Positions 30,816 through 42,578 of a stretch of 64,000 nucleotides of DNA are shown one piece after another. Position numbers and translations under genes: made by a program. This DNA comes from an uncultured Muribaculaceae bacterium (GTDB lineage Bacteria; Bacteroidota; Bacteroidia; Bacteroidales; Muribaculaceae). Location: assembly GCA_964517875.1 (NCBI GenBank), contig CAZFEU010000001.1, positions 22,831 to 86,830 of the forward strand, in the 5' to 3' direction. Every line of letters begins with the position of its first letter. Positions within the stretch are counted from its first letter, which is position 1. A model generated the notes under the pieces. The model had not been told where the DNA came from, ran no database searches, and was given only the letters and a program-made list of their open reading frames with translations.

Positions 30816-32564
30816 TTAGATGCCCAGGTCCTTCTTAACAGCATCAATTTTGGACTTGGCCTCGGCTTGTGCCTTATCGTAGTCGGCCTTATCTGTAAGT
30901 TCTCCTTTGACCTCGATATAGAATTTGATTTTCGGCTCTGTGCCCGACGGGCGTACAGATACCTTAGATCCATCAGCTGTGAAGAATTGAAGCACATTGC
31001 TGGTGGTGGGCATATCCATCTTATCAACCTTCCCGTTAGTTAGGTCGGTGACATTAAGGTCTGCGTAATCTTTTACGATAACTACTTCAGAACCGCCAAG
31101 CGATTTAGGAGGATTAGCGCGGAATGCCTTCATCATTGCAACGATTTCCTCAGCTCCCGACTTTCCGGTGCGTACAACTGAAATACCCTCTTCACGCGAG
31201 AAGCCGTATTTGATATAGATATCCTGAAGCATGCCCATGAAGTCGAGGTTGCGATCTTTTGCCCAAGCGCAGATTTCGGCCATAAGTGAGATTGCTGACA
31301 CAGAATCCTTGTCGCGCGCGAAATCTTCGGCCAGGAAGCCGTAGCTCTCTTCACCACCACCTAAATAGTGGGCGGTGCCTTCGTGGTCGCGTATCACAGA
31401 TGCAATCCATTTGAAGCCGGTGTAGCAGTCAAACATCGTAACGTTATTCTTGTCGGCAATTGACTTGATAGTTTCAGTGGTGACGATTGTCTTTACAATA
31501 TACTCCTTGCCGGTGAGTCTACCTAACTCGGCATTACGCTCGATAAGGTAATTAAGGAGAATCATTACGATCTGGTTGCCGTTGATAAGCTGATATTCTC
31601 CATTATTGTCGCGTATTACGCATCCAATACGGTCGGCATCAGGGTCAGATGCTACGATAAGATCAGCTTCTACTTCTTTCCCTTTGGCGATTGCCATTGC
31701 CATGGCTGAAGCATTCTCGGGGTTTGGTGAGTCAACAGTTGGGAACTCTCCGGAAGGAACGTCCTGCTCGGGCACATGGATAATGTTGGTAAAGCCATAG
31801 TTCTTGAGCGATGCGGGTACCATCTCAACGCCTGTACCATGTATTGGGGTATAGACGATTTTGAGGTCGTGGTGACGCTTGATAGCATCTGGGCTCAGTG
31901 AAAGGCCTTTGATAGCTGCAAGGAAAGCATCGTCAACATCCTTGCCGATGATTTGGATAAGGTCTTTGTTACCCTTCATTTTAATTTCGCTCACATCGTG
32001 GATGCGATTGACATTGTCAATTATATTGACATCGTGAGGGGCAATAATCTGAGCACCGTCGCTCCAATAAGCTTTATAACCATTGTATTCCTTGGGGTTG
32101 TGCGATGCAGTGATGTTAACACCGCTCTGACAACCGAGATGACGTATTGCAAACGACAATTCGGGAGTAGGGCGGAAATTCTCAAATAGGTAAACCTTAA
32201 TGCCGTTGGCCGAGAAGATATCGGCTACTATTTCGGCAAACTTACGTGAGTTATTGCGCACGTCATGGCCTACAACCACGCTGATCTGCGGTAGCTCGGC
32301 AAAAGCCTCCTTAAGATAGTTGGCCAGACCTTGTGTAGCTGCGCCAACGGTGTATATGTTCATGCGGTTGGTGCCTGCGCCCATAATTCCGCGCAGACCT
32401 CCGGTCCCAAATTCAAGGTCGCGATAGAATGATTCGATAAGTTGAGTTTTATCCTCAGCATCGAGCATGCGTTTCACTTCAGCGCGAGTCTCAGGGTCAT
32501 ATCCTTCGCCAAGCCATTTCTCAGCTTTGGCAACAACTTCGTTAAGTAATTCTTGGTTGTCCAT
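30816..32564 (-). CDS. Phospho-sugar mutase (phosphoglucomutase/phosphomannomutase family)
   Basis: 582 aa with the active-site TASHNPKEYNGYK and the metal-binding DPDADR. Confidence 0.85.
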   Translation of the reverse strand: MDNQELLNEVVAKAEKWLGEGYDPETRAEVKRMLDAEDKTQLIESFYRDLEFGTGGLRGIMGAGTNRMNIYTVGAATQGLANYLKEAFAELPQISVVVGHDVRNNSRKFAEIVADIFSANGIKVYLFENFRPTPELSFAIRHLGCQSGVNITASHNPKEYNGYKAYWSDGAQIIAPHDVNIIDNVNRIHDVSEIKMKGNKDLIQIIGKDVDDAFLAAIKGLSLSPDAIKRHHDLKIVYTPIHGTGVEMVPASLKNYGFTNIIHVPEQDVPSGEFPTVDSPNPENASAMAMAIAKGKEVEADLIVASDPDADRIGCVIRDNNGEYQLINGNQIVMILLNYLIERNAELGRLTGKEYIVKTIVTTETIKSIADKNNVTMFDCYTGFKWIASVIRDHEGTAHYLGGGEESYGFLAEDFARDKDSVSAISLMAEICAWAKDRNLDFMGMLQDIYIKYGFSREEGISVVRTGKSGAEEIVAMMKAFRANPPKSLGGSEVVIVKDYADLNVTDLTNGKVDKMDMPTTSNVLQFFTADGSKVSVRPSGTEPKIKFYIEVKGELTDKADYDKAQAEAKSKIDAVKKDLGI

Positions 32565-32737
32565 TTGAGTGGAATATTTAGTTTGAAATTTGGTTATTTG
32601 AATCTATGCAAAAATAAAGTTTAATTTTCTCATTAGCAAGCATCAACTATTTTTTCATAATACGGAGGGAATAATATCTCGGCTTATGTAAATAGGTTTG
32701 AGGCTCGTATTCATAACCTATCTGAGAAGTCAGTTGT

Positions 32738-34312
32738 TCAAAATATTGACTTATATTGAGTTAAAAGTTCGTTAAAACGTTTTTCATCACGAATTGGGGC
32801 GCAATTGATTCGGGCCGTATCTTCTCGGTTCCAATCATGATAATTGGCATATCCGGCTTCAAGTGCACATTCCATAAAATCAAGAGCCTTATCCTTATTG
32901 CCTGACTGAGCATAGTAGCAGGTAGCGAGGTAAAGCATATGAGGATCCTTGGGGTCAGCAGAAAGTTGAGATTCGAGCAGAATTTCACCTTTCTTGTTAT
33001 CGCCATTGAAAAGGTAAGCGAAATCGGTGAGCGGTTCCATTGTATTTTCAAGTGAAATCACCCTATTGCAATAATTTTTGGCCGCGCCAGGCTGATTGAG
33101 ATAATCTGTAAGTATCCATGCGCGTTCAAGTAGGAATAATGGGTCATCGCCATCGTTTAGAATAGCTTCGCCAATTGCTGTTGAGGCATCTGAATAATTC
33201 TTTAGGTCAACCAAAGCAAGGCCTTTTTGCTCCATTGCGTCAACATTTGCAGGGTCTTTTGCTAATGCCTTGTCAGCAGCCTCGAGGGCATCTTCCGGCC
33301 GCCACTGAGCACGGCGTATCTTTGAAAGTGTAACATAGAAGTCAGCATTGTCGGCAGTAGCACTAATGGCAAATTCAATGTCCACAGCGGCCTGGGCATA
33401 ATTGCCGAGCGCATAATAGCACTGTGCAAGTGCTTGATATATTCCAGGGCTTGTGGTGTTACCCTCAATAAGCTTGTTGAAGTCGTTGATCGCATCTTTA
33501 TAGTGATAATTAATCATTGCGACCTCGGCACGGAGATATTTGAACATATCCACATTTGGCGCGTCCTTGATTGCCTCGCTGAGAGCTGTAGAAGTGGCGG
33601 GATAGTCTTTTCCACCCAGAGCTATAAGATCACTGAGCGCTCGACCGTTAGCATCGATAGAGATAGCGGCTATTAGGTCTTGAGCAGCGGCTGTATTGTT
33701 GCCAAGCTCCATGCGGATATTTGCTCGTGTGACATACACGCTGCTTTCGCCGGCGTTAAGTTGCACTGCTTTATCGGCATATTCATTGGCCTGACCGTAG
33801 TTTCGCTCTTTTATTGCAGCACGAGCGAGCCCGAACAGCGCCTCGGGGCTACGGGGCGAGAGCCCTTGCATCCTAATATAACCGGCCTTGGCATCCTGAA
33901 GTTTACCCAGTAGGAGGTCCGTGTTTGCCTTTTGATGTATTGTGTTAAAGTTGGTTGGATCAAGCGCCAAAGCAGATTCAAAGTCAGCCGAAGCCTCTGC
34001 CGGTCGGTCAGTCATCAGGTAGATATTGGCTCTCAGCACCAACTCTTCATATCGCATATCTGTGCGATCGGCAGGAGTAAGTTTGATGGCCTCATTGATG
34101 TCGCTTAACGCACGCAGATATTGATTCAGTCTATAATAGTCGGAAGCACGGCGGAAATATGGTTCAAAATCCGTAGGGTCTTCCTTGATAAGGCGATCAT
34201 ATGTGTTCATAATAGCCTGCTGGACCGGGTTGGAGGACAAGTCCTGTCCGTATACGTATGACGTAGATATTGAAGCAAGCGCTAATGAAATCAATATTGG
34301 AAACTTACGCAT
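32738..34312 (-). CDS. Secreted tetratricopeptide-repeat protein
   Basis: Signal peptide followed by many TPR-like A..Y...G....A..DF..AL..DP units. Confidence 0.7.
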   Translation of the reverse strand: MRKFPILISLALASISTSYVYGQDLSSNPVQQAIMNTYDRLIKEDPTDFEPYFRRASDYYRLNQYLRALSDINEAIKLTPADRTDMRYEELVLRANIYLMTDRPAEASADFESALALDPTNFNTIHQKANTDLLLGKLQDAKAGYIRMQGLSPRSPEALFGLARAAIKERNYGQANEYADKAVQLNAGESSVYVTRANIRMELGNNTAAAQDLIAAISIDANGRALSDLIALGGKDYPATSTALSEAIKDAPNVDMFKYLRAEVAMINYHYKDAINDFNKLIEGNTTSPGIYQALAQCYYALGNYAQAAVDIEFAISATADNADFYVTLSKIRRAQWRPEDALEAADKALAKDPANVDAMEQKGLALVDLKNYSDASTAIGEAILNDGDDPLFLLERAWILTDYLNQPGAAKNYCNRVISLENTMEPLTDFAYLFNGDNKKGEILLESQLSADPKDPHMLYLATCYYAQSGNKDKALDFMECALEAGYANYHDWNREDTARINCAPIRDEKRFNELLTQYKSIF

Positions 34313-34346
34313 AAGTGTTATCTAAAAAATTAATTAATTGTGTGAA

Positions 34347-35171
34347 TTACTGATTAATTGAATTTACTGCCATGCGCAACGTGGAGAGTCGTTCGAGCAG
34401 TGATGGCAGCAATTCAAGGCGCAACATATTTGCTCCGTCGCTTTTAGCCACTGACGGATCCTGGTGAGTCTCCATGAAAAGACCGTCGGCTCCCGCTGCA
34501 ATACCGGCTCGAGCTATGGTTTCTATCATTTCAGGCATACCACCTGTTACGCCAGCAGCTTGATTGGGTTGTTGCAGTGAGTGGGTAACGTCGAGTATAA
34601 CCGGGCAGTTGTTGCGTTGCATTATTGGTATGCCACGGAAATCGACTACCAGGTCGGTATAACCGAATGTAGTGCCACGCTCAGTAATTGCAACTTGCTT
34701 TCCACCGGCATCACGTACCTTTTCAACGGCATGTAACATGGCTTGTGGTGAAAGAAATTGCCCTTTCTTGATATTGACCATCTTCCCGGTTCGGGCTGCA
34801 GCGATTAGGAGTTCGGTTTGTCGGCACAGAAATGCCGGAATCTGAAGAATATCCACATATTCAGCTGCTAATTCAGCCTCTTCGTTGGTGTGAATATCAG
34901 TTACGACTGGAATCTCAAAAGTCTCTTTAACTTTATATAGAATTTTCAATGCCTTTTCATCTCCAATGCCCGTGAACGAATCAATGCGCGAGCGGTTGGC
35001 CTTACGATAACTCCCTTTGAAAACATATGGGATATTTAGTCGGGAGGTAGCCTCGCAACATTTTTCTGCGATATCAAGTGCCATCTTTTCCCCTTCGATC
35101 ACACAGGGACCGGCCAGTAGGAAAAAATTGTCGGTAATTGACGATGTAAGGTAAGTTAATAGATTATCCAT
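34347..35171 (-). CDS. kdsA: 3-deoxy-8-phosphooctulonate synthase
   Basis: 274 aa with GPCVIE, KGSYRKANRS and DVTHSLQ motifs. Confidence 0.9.
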   Translation of the reverse strand: MDNLLTYLTSSITDNFFLLAGPCVIEGEKMALDIAEKCCEATSRLNIPYVFKGSYRKANRSRIDSFTGIGDEKALKILYKVKETFEIPVVTDIHTNEEAELAAEYVDILQIPAFLCRQTELLIAAARTGKMVNIKKGQFLSPQAMLHAVEKVRDAGGKQVAITERGTTFGYTDLVVDFRGIPIMQRNNCPVILDVTHSLQQPNQAAGVTGGMPEMIETIARAGIAAGADGLFMETHQDPSVAKSDGANMLRLELLPSLLERLSTLRMAVNSINQ

Positions 35172-35880
35172 TTGCTTGGTTTATTATATGGACTGTATCA
35201 CAGCCTACAAGAGCCGCAGTCTCGGTACGTAGCCGGTTGTCGCCCATTGTAACTGGTATAAAGCCTGCATTTATTGCTGATTCAACTTCATCGGGAGTGA
35301 AATCACCCTCAGGACCAATTAATATAATTGTGTCAGAGCCGGGGCGACACATTCTTGCCATCAGTCTGCGTTCCACTTTATCGCTACAATATCCTATAAA
35401 CTTCTGAGCCGCTGCATGGCTTATGTTGCTTATCAAAGTCTTGATGTCGGTTATAGCGTCAATTTGAGGTAATACCGACTTAAGCGACTGTTTCATAGCT
35501 GATATAGCGATTTTTTCAAGGCGTTCTGTTTTGATTTCCTTCCTTTCCGAGCGTTGGCATCGGATGGGAATGACTCTGTTAACTCCGATTTCAGTGAGTT
35601 TCTCAACAAGCCATTCCATTCTATCCATATTCTTGGTAGGAGCAACAGCAACGGTAATATTGTAATTCCATGGAAGCGGTGCATCGATGCGCTCAAGAAT
35701 CTCAACCATCGTACGCTTGGGGTGTGGGTCGAGTATGCTTGCACGGAAGCGATGCCCGCAACCGTCTACTATTTCCAGTTCATCCCCCATACCCATGCGC
35801 AGCACGCGGATTGCGTGTTGCGAATCACTTTCGGGCAACACAGGGTTGCTTTCAATCTCAGGGGCGTAAAACTGAATCAT
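35164..35880 (-). CDS. rsmE: 16S rRNA (uracil1498-N3)-methyltransferase
   Basis: 238 aa with HAIRVLRM at the N-terminus and GPEGDFT..E plus LG..RLRTETAA at the C-terminus. Confidence 0.85.
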   Translation of the reverse strand: MIQFYAPEIESNPVLPESDSQHAIRVLRMGMGDELEIVDGCGHRFRASILDPHPKRTMVEILERIDAPLPWNYNITVAVAPTKNMDRMEWLVEKLTEIGVNRVIPIRCQRSERKEIKTERLEKIAISAMKQSLKSVLPQIDAITDIKTLISNISHAAAQKFIGYCSDKVERRLMARMCRPGSDTIILIGPEGDFTPDEVESAINAGFIPVTMGDNRLRTETAALVGCDTVHIINQANG

Positions 35881-35894
35881 ATGGATGACGCAAA

Positions 35895-37232
35895 TTAAAT
35901 CTTTCCAACAAATCCATCAGCTCCCTCTCCATCTATATCAGCAGCTTGGTCGAGCGATACGTTGGGAGTCTTTCGGGGATTCTTGAACAAAAGGGCGAAT
36001 AATACACCCACCACTAATGCGTAACCGGCAAATATATACCACGACTCAACCCATCCCTGTGCCTGCGCCTCGGGGGAGGAGAGAGAAAATACACGGTTAT
36101 TGATCACTGCCTGTGCAGCAAGCGTACCTATTGTTGCACCGATACCATTAGTCATGATCATAAACAAGCCTTGTGCTGAGCTGCGCTGTGCGGGGTCGAC
36201 TTTCTGGTCAACAAAAAGCGAACCTGAAACATTGAAGAAATCGAATGCAATGCCGTACACAATCATTGAGAGTATAAAGAGCCACAAGCCGCTACCAGGG
36301 TTGCCGGCTCCAAAAAAGCCGAATCTGAAAACCCATGCAAACATTGACAGCAGCATTACCGTTTTGATTCCAAAGCGTTTCAAGGCAAATGGAATTAAAA
36401 GAATGCAAAGGGTTTCGCTCATTTGAGATAATGAAATCAATGCGTTGGCATTCTTTACGCCCCATGCGCCGGCGTATTCCGGGAGATTTTCGAAACTGGA
36501 TATAAATGGATTGGCAAATCCATTGGTGATTTGCAAAGATACACCCAGTAGCATACTGAAGATAAAGAAAATAGCCATCTGCTTGTCTTTGAACAGCACA
36601 AATGCCCTAAGACCAAGTATGTCAACAAGCGACTGTTTTTTGTCAGAGACCTTGCACACAGGACACCCCGGCATCGTAAGCGCATAAGCGGCAAGAACAA
36701 GACTTATGAATCCGGAAGTCAGCAGCTGATTATATGTATTCTGAAAACCAGTGAAGTTTACAAAAAGCATCGAGCATATAAAACCAATTGTACCGAAAAC
36801 TCGTATCGGCGGGAATGCCTTCACTGTGTCAAAACCGGCCTTTGTAAGAACCGAATAAGCTACAGAATTAGACAAGCCAATTGTAGGCATAAAAAATGCT
36901 ACAGACAATGTGTATAGTGTAAACAGCAGGCCAAAACCGGGAAGAATACCCTCTGGTTGTATCATACAGTAAGCGCCAGCAGAACACATAAATATACCGG
37001 CTAAGAGATGCGAGATGCTTAGCATCTTCTGTGCCGGTATACAGCGGTCGGCGATAATGCCCACTATTGCAGGCATAAAGAGTGATACTATACCTTGTAT
37101 AGCGTAGAACCAACCTATGTTTTCGGCCATACCGATTCGTGCCAGGTAGTTGCCCATTGAGGTGAGGTAAGCTCCCCAGACAGCAAATTCCAGGAAATTC
37201 ATCACTATTAGGCGAAACTTCAAATTTTTCAT
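35895..37232 (-). CDS. Nucleoside:H+ symporter-family MFS permease
   Basis: 445 aa, about 12 TM helices, N-terminus FRLIVMNFLEFAVWGAYLTSMG typical of NupG/XapB-like transporters. Confidence 0.7.
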   Translation of the reverse strand: MKNLKFRLIVMNFLEFAVWGAYLTSMGNYLARIGMAENIGWFYAIQGIVSLFMPAIVGIIADRCIPAQKMLSISHLLAGIFMCSAGAYCMIQPEGILPGFGLLFTLYTLSVAFFMPTIGLSNSVAYSVLTKAGFDTVKAFPPIRVFGTIGFICSMLFVNFTGFQNTYNQLLTSGFISLVLAAYALTMPGCPVCKVSDKKQSLVDILGLRAFVLFKDKQMAIFFIFSMLLGVSLQITNGFANPFISSFENLPEYAGAWGVKNANALISLSQMSETLCILLIPFALKRFGIKTVMLLSMFAWVFRFGFFGAGNPGSGLWLFILSMIVYGIAFDFFNVSGSLFVDQKVDPAQRSSAQGLFMIMTNGIGATIGTLAAQAVINNRVFSLSSPEAQAQGWVESWYIFAGYALVVGVLFALLFKNPRKTPNVSLDQAADIDGEGADGFVGKI

Positions 37233-37246
37233 GGTTATGATAATTT

Positions 37247-37849
37247 TTATTTATTATTCTTACGTTTCATGTCGAGTATCGACTGCACCTTTTCTGCTTG
37301 CTCGTACTCCTCATTTTCAATCATACGTGCCAGTGTGCGCTCCAGCTCTTCGATTGAGTAGTTTTCGAGACGTGGTTGGGTACTGCCGAGCGATTCCGGT
37401 GTTTCATCGTCGGCCGACGGGTCAACCTGAGTTTCCATCTCAAATCCTACTTCATCCATAATCGCACGTGTGGTATAGATAGGGGTATGTGTGCGCATTG
37501 CGATGGCAATAGCGTCAGATGTGCGGGCATCAAGGGTCACTTGTCGTTCACCGTCGTCAAACACCATTTCGGAGTGGAATATTCCGTCCTCAAACTTGTA
37601 AATATATACCTCCCTTAAAATCACTCCGAATGCATGAGCAAAACTCACAAACAGGTCGTGGGTGAGAGGTCGCGGAGGTTTGATGCCTTCAATTATTAGA
37701 GCTATTGATTGAGCATCAGAGTTGCCAATGACAATGGGAATCTTCACCGGACCATCAACCTGTGCCAACAATAAGGCGCTGACCCCCGAATGAGTTTGTG
37801 AATAGGAAATGCCCATTACTCGAAATTCAATACGTTCATCCATGGTCAT
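37247..37849 (-). CDS. Bifunctional nuclease-family (DUF151) protein with a C-terminal UVR motif
   Basis: DUF151-like core (PIVIG..DAQSIA...G.KPPRPLTHDL) and a C-terminal IEELERTLARMIENEEYEQAEKV. The start is set at MTMDERIEF, abutting the mnmA stop. Confidence 0.7.
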   Translation of the reverse strand: MTMDERIEFRVMGISYSQTHSGVSALLLAQVDGPVKIPIVIGNSDAQSIALIIEGIKPPRPLTHDLFVSFAHAFGVILREVYIYKFEDGIFHSEMVFDDGERQVTLDARTSDAIAIAMRTHTPIYTTRAIMDEVGFEMETQVDPSADDETPESLGSTQPRLENYSIEELERTLARMIENEEYEQAEKVQSILDMKRKNNK

Positions 37850-38916
37850 TAAAGTGTTATTATTCCTGAACCGTAGCACAGGCGGTGATCGCGGTCGTAT
37901 ATTGCAGTGAATTGTCCCGGAGCTATCCCTTGAATCTTTTCGTCCGACTCAATTCGATAGCTTCGTTCACCGGTACGCATGATTTTTCCGGACACGAATT
38001 GGGGCGTATGACGATTCTTAAATGTAATCTCATAACCATCAATTGCATCAGCCCATGGTGCGGGGGAAATGAAGAGCATCTCGTCGAGGAGTATTTCTCG
38101 TCCATACTGCTTCTCGGTATCATATCCGCGTGACACATAAATTACGTTGTCGTGCACGTTTTTCTTCACCACATACCACGGGCCACCACTCAGGCCTAAA
38201 CCTTTGCGTTGCCCAATAGTATGGAACCAATAGCCGTGATGCTCCCCAAGCTTTCGGCCTGTTTCAATCTCTACTATCGCACCCTTCTTTTCACCTAAAT
38301 GGCGGCGTATAAAGTCATTGTAATTGATATTTCCAAGGAAGCAGATTCCTTGTGAATCCTTGCGATAGGCGTTTGGCAAATTGGCTTCGATAGCCATTTC
38401 GCGCACCTTTGATTTTGGCAAATCTCCAATCGGGAATATGAGGTGTTGTAGCTGTTTGTAGGTAATTCTGGCTAAAAAGTCGGTCTGGTCCTTTACGGGG
38501 TCGAGGGCTGTGCCAAGATAGTCGATACCGTCAATTTTCAAGTGCGTAGCATAATGTCCAGTAGCAGTAAGGTCGAATTCATGCCCCCACCGTTCCTCAA
38601 AGTAGCCGAACTTAATGATACGGTTGCAAAGGATGTCAGGGTTGGGAGTCAATCCATCCTTCACTGTACGCAGAGCATAGTCCATAACGTGGTCCCAATA
38701 TTCCTGATGAAGCGATACCACTTCGAAGGGCAGGTTGTATTGTCGGGCTATATACGAGCACATCTCTATATCTTCTTCAGCCGAGCAATCACCTTCCCCG
38801 TTATCCATACCAATACGGATATAGAATAGGGTAAGGTCTGCATGACCCTGGTCGAGAAGTCGTCTCACTGAAACCGCTGAGTCAACGCCACCTGATATAA
38901 GTACTGCTATCGACAT
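37849..38916 (-). CDS. mnmA: tRNA 2-thiouridine(34) synthase
   Basis: PP-loop motif LISGGVDSAV; 355 aa with the typical MnmA length and C-terminal barrel. Confidence 0.9.
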   Translation of the reverse strand: MSIAVLISGGVDSAVSVRRLLDQGHADLTLFYIRIGMDNGEGDCSAEEDIEMCSYIARQYNLPFEVVSLHQEYWDHVMDYALRTVKDGLTPNPDILCNRIIKFGYFEERWGHEFDLTATGHYATHLKIDGIDYLGTALDPVKDQTDFLARITYKQLQHLIFPIGDLPKSKVREMAIEANLPNAYRKDSQGICFLGNINYNDFIRRHLGEKKGAIVEIETGRKLGEHHGYWFHTIGQRKGLGLSGGPWYVVKKNVHDNVIYVSRGYDTEKQYGREILLDEMLFISPAPWADAIDGYEITFKNRHTPQFVSGKIMRTGERSYRIESDEKIQGIAPGQFTAIYDRDHRLCYGSGIITL

Positions 38917-38919
38917 AGA

Positions 38920-39831
38920 TCAGTTATTAGATGTGCCCTCGGCGGGAGTTAGTTTGACGTCGGGCAACACGGCTAACGCATTGAGAACGTTGTCAACGGG
39001 TATATTTTTTGCCACAATCTTCTTTTCACTGTCAAGGAAATAGAATGTGGGATTGGTGCGTGTATCAACCTTCTCGTCAATTTGGTCAGAGGCAGTAACG
39101 ATCCAATTTGCGGGATAATCTGACAGAGACTCACCCCAAACCTCATCTGCTTGATCGGGATATACACTTACTATGGCAATCGTGCCTGAGTTGATAAGCC
39201 TCTGCGCGTCATAGTTGGTAGCCAGGCGTGCGCGCGCAAGTCGGCAGTCGCTGCACGTGGGGTCGTTGATAAAGACGATAGTGTAAGGGGTAGTGATGTC
39301 ATTGATTGATTTCGACGAACCGTCGGCCGATTTAAGGTTAACCTCGGGGAAAACTTGCCCCATTTGCGAGTGTGCGAGCACCGATGCCTGATGCTGAAAG
39401 CGCGCACGTTGCTCACCAGGGATCTTCTTACACTCAGCAACCGCTTTGGCGAATGGAAGGTATGCCTCGTCGCTCACCATCTCGGCTGAGTCACCATAGA
39501 GTGCGTTTTCAGCCATCTCACCAATGATAAGAAGGTGCTTGGGGTCTTTCTTCACTTGGTTTATGAGTTTGTCGATTGATTGGTGAACAACGTTAGCGTC
39601 GGCATATGGCATAAATGACACATAGTCATTAAATGCCTGTGCCAATTTGGCACGTGATGAAAATGCGCTTTTAAGATCACAACGGTCCCAAAAATGTTCC
39701 ACAAGATAACTTGTGCGGTCACTTAGAGACTCAAGTGACTCGGGTGGAGTGGGATAGGGGAAGTAAGTATCTTCGGCATAACCCATTACCGCTATGAAGG
39801 TTAATATAAGTGAAGATATGATGCGTCTCAT
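38920..39831 (-). CDS. Secreted DUF5106 / thioredoxin-like (TlpA-type) protein
   Basis: Signal peptide, an N-terminal helical domain, then a thioredoxin-like segment with CSDC. Family naming is from memory. Confidence 0.55.
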   Translation of the reverse strand: MRRIISSLILTFIAVMGYAEDTYFPYPTPPESLESLSDRTSYLVEHFWDRCDLKSAFSSRAKLAQAFNDYVSFMPYADANVVHQSIDKLINQVKKDPKHLLIIGEMAENALYGDSAEMVSDEAYLPFAKAVAECKKIPGEQRARFQHQASVLAHSQMGQVFPEVNLKSADGSSKSINDITTPYTIVFINDPTCSDCRLARARLATNYDAQRLINSGTIAIVSVYPDQADEVWGESLSDYPANWIVTASDQIDEKVDTRTNPTFYFLDSEKKIVAKNIPVDNVLNALAVLPDVKLTPAEGTSNN

Positions 39832-39963
39832 ATGATAATTCGCAGTTGTTAAAAATTATAGCGCAAAGTTAAGGCTTACTGCCTTCAATTCCAAATCCTA
39901 TAATCAAACATTATGGCACGATAATTGTTAAAGTTAATAAAGAAATCAATAATAACATAACTT

Positions 39964-42558
39964 ATGAATTTCAATAACTTTACAATCAAGTCGCAGGAAG
40001 CTATCCAGAAGGCTGTAGAAATCACCCGCAGCGCTGGTAGTCAGGCCATAGAGCCTGTTCACCTGCTCAAAGGCGTTATCACTGAGGGAGAGACATTAGT
40101 GAAGTTCATATTCCAGAAAATCGGGGCCAATATTCAGCTACTACAGCAGCAAGTTGACCGCGAAATATCTTCGCTCCCCAAAGTGTCGGGTGGCGAGCCC
40201 TACCTGAGTCGTACATCAAATGATGTATTGCAACGCGCTCTTGACATCGCAAAAAAAGAGGGTGATGAATATGTAACACTTGAGGCTTTGCTGATGGCGA
40301 TCTTCATCATCAACTCCCCCGCTTCAACCATTCTTAAAGACGCAGGCTTGAGCGAGAAGGAGCTGAAAGCAGCCGTTGATGAACTCCGCAAAGGTAAGAA
40401 AGCAACAGATCAAAACTCGGAGGAAACTTACAACTCCTTATCGAAATATGCGATCAATCTCAATGAGAGAGCTCGTCAAGGCAAGCTTGACCCTGTAATC
40501 GGGCGTGATGACGAAATACGTCGCGTGCTTCAGATTCTGAGTCGTCGCACGAAGAACAACCCAATGCTCATAGGTGAGCCTGGTACTGGTAAGACCGCCA
40601 TTGCCGAAGGTCTTGCTATGCGTATCGTAAGAGGCGATGTGCCCGAAAATTTAAGATCAAAGCAGATTTATTCGCTTGATATGGGCGCACTTGTAGCCGG
40701 CGCTAAGTATAAAGGAGAGTTTGAAGAGCGACTCAAAGCCATCGTCAACGAAGTAACCCAAGCTGATGGAGAGATAATCCTATTTATCGACGAGATCCAC
40801 ACCCTTGTCGGAGCTGGCAAAGGGGAGGGAGCAATGGATGCTGCCAATATCCTAAAACCTGCTTTGGCTCGTGGCGAGCTACGCTCAATCGGCGCCACAA
40901 CTCTCGATGAATATCAAAAATATTTTGAGAAAGATAAGGCACTTGAACGTCGTTTCCAGAAAGTGATGGTAAATGAGCCTGACGAGATCAGTGCAATTGC
41001 CATATTGCGTGGACTTAAGGAGCGCTACGAGAACCACCACAAAGTGCGTATCCGTGACGAAGCGATTATTGCCGCCGTACAGCTTTCTGAACGCTATATT
41101 ACTGACCGTTTCCTCCCCGATAAAGCGATCGACCTGGTAGATGAGGCCGCTGCAAAGCTTCGTCTTGAGATTGACTCTGTGCCTCAGGCACTCGATGAAA
41201 TCACACGTCGCATTGCGCAGAAAGAGATTGAACGCGAAGCAATTAAGCGCGAGGGAGATAAGGCCAAGGTGAAAGATATCGAAAAGGAGATTGCCACTAT
41301 GCGTGAACAAGAAAAGGAATATACCGCTAAGTGGAAAGCCGAAAAGGATCTTATCAACCGCATTCAGCAGAATAAAATTGATATCGAACAACTCAATTTC
41401 GATGCCGAGCGTGCTGAGCGTGAAGGTGATTACGCTCGTGTGGCCGAAATTCGCTACTCGCGTATCCAGCAAAAAGAGCAGGAGAACAAAGATATTCAGG
41501 AACAACTGAATATGATGCAAGGCGACCGAGCCCTTATAAAGGAGGAAGTAGATGCCGAGGATATAGCCGACGTAGTATCGCGCTGGACCGGGATACCTGT
41601 CAACAAGATGATACAGAGCGAGCAGGAAAAACTGCTCCACCTTGAGGAGGAGCTCCACCATAGAGTTGTAGGACAGGATGATGCCATCCGTGCCATAGCT
41701 GACGCTGTGCGCCGCTCGCGTGCTGGCCTTAACGACCCACGCCGTCCTATCGGATCGTTCATCTTCCTTGGTACTACCGGCGTTGGTAAAACTGAGCTTG
41801 CAAAGGCATTGGCCGAATACCTGTTTGACGACGACTCGATGATGACTCGTATCGATATGAGCGAGTATCAGGAGAAGCACTCTGTGAGCCGACTCGTAGG
41901 AGCGCCTCCCGGATACGTCGGCTATGATGAAGGTGGCCAGCTTACTGAGGCTGTGCGTCGTAAGCCATATTCAGTTGTGCTGTTTGATGAGATAGAAAAG
42001 GCTCACCCGGATGTATTCAACATTCTGCTCCAGGTGCTCGACGACGGACATCTTACGGATAATAAGGGCCGACTTGTCAACTTCAAGAACACTATCATCA
42101 TTATGACTTCAAACATGGGCTCCGCTCTGATTCGTGATAATTTCTCTAAAATGACTCACGAAAACCGCGATGAGACCATTGAAAAGACCAAGAATGAAGT
42201 TCTTGAGCTTCTCAAGCAGACAATACGTCCTGAATTCCTGAACCGTATTGATGAAATCATCATGTTCACCCCCCTTAATCAGAATGAGATTGAGGAGATT
42301 GTAGGACTTCAGATCGACTCAGTGAAGCGTATGCTCGCCAAAAATGGTGTGGAATTGCAGATTACACCTGCAGCACTCCACTTCCTGGCCGAAGAGGGTT
42401 ACGACCCCGAGTTTGGTGCACGCCCCGTTAAGCGAGTTATTCATCGTATGGTGCTCAACCGCCTGTCGAAGGACATCCTCGCACAGAAGGTCGACCGCAC
42501 TCGTCCTATCGTCATTGACTATGATAAAGAAAATGACGATGTAATCTTTACCAACTGA
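39964..42558 (+). CDS. clpB: ATP-dependent chaperone ClpB
   Basis: 864 aa with two AAA+ modules ([10 protein letters not shown] and [11 protein letters not shown]) separated by a long coiled-coil M-domain. Confidence 0.95.
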   Translation: MNFNNFTIKSQEAIQKAVEITRSAGSQAIEPVHLLKGVITEGETLVKFIFQKIGANIQLLQQQVDREISSLPKVSGGEPYLSRTSNDVLQRALDIAKKEGDEYVTLEALLMAIFIINSPASTILKDAGLSEKELKAAVDELRKGKKATDQNSEETYNSLSKYAINLNERARQGKLDPVIGRDDEIRRVLQILSRRTKNNPMLIGEPGTGKTAIAEGLAMRIVRGDVPENLRSKQIYSLDMGALVAGAKYKGEFEERLKAIVNEVTQADGEIILFIDEIHTLVGAGKGEGAMDAANILKPALARGELRSIGATTLDEYQKYFEKDKALERRFQKVMVNEPDEISAIAILRGLKERYENHHKVRIRDEAIIAAVQLSERYITDRFLPDKAIDLVDEAAAKLRLEIDSVPQALDEITRRIAQKEIEREAIKREGDKAKVKDIEKEIATMREQEKEYTAKWKAEKDLINRIQQNKIDIEQLNFDAERAEREGDYARVAEIRYSRIQQKEQENKDIQEQLNMMQGDRALIKEEVDAEDIADVVSRWTGIPVNKMIQSEQEKLLHLEEELHHRVVGQDDAIRAIADAVRRSRAGLNDPRRPIGSFIFLGTTGVGKTELAKALAEYLFDDDSMMTRIDMSEYQEKHSVSRLVGAPPGYVGYDEGGQLTEAVRRKPYSVVLFDEIEKAHPDVFNILLQVLDDGHLTDNKGRLVNFKNTIIIMTSNMGSALIRDNFSKMTHENRDETIEKTKNEVLELLKQTIRPEFLNRIDEIIMFTPLNQNEIEEIVGLQIDSVKRMLAKNGVELQITPAALHFLAEEGYDPEFGARPVKRVIHRMVLNRLSKDILAQKVDRTRPIVIDYDKENDDVIFTN

Positions 42559-42578
42559 CCAAGATAATTCATATACTA

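Noticed and set aside
40885-41880. 331-aa minus-strand ORF inside clpB. Similar long antisense ORFs occur at 56575..57171, 55841..56275, 19773..20204 and 48249..48641.
   Set aside because: These are shadow ORFs lying entirely inside strongly supported genes on the opposite strand. They have low-complexity or skewed composition and no recognisable motifs.
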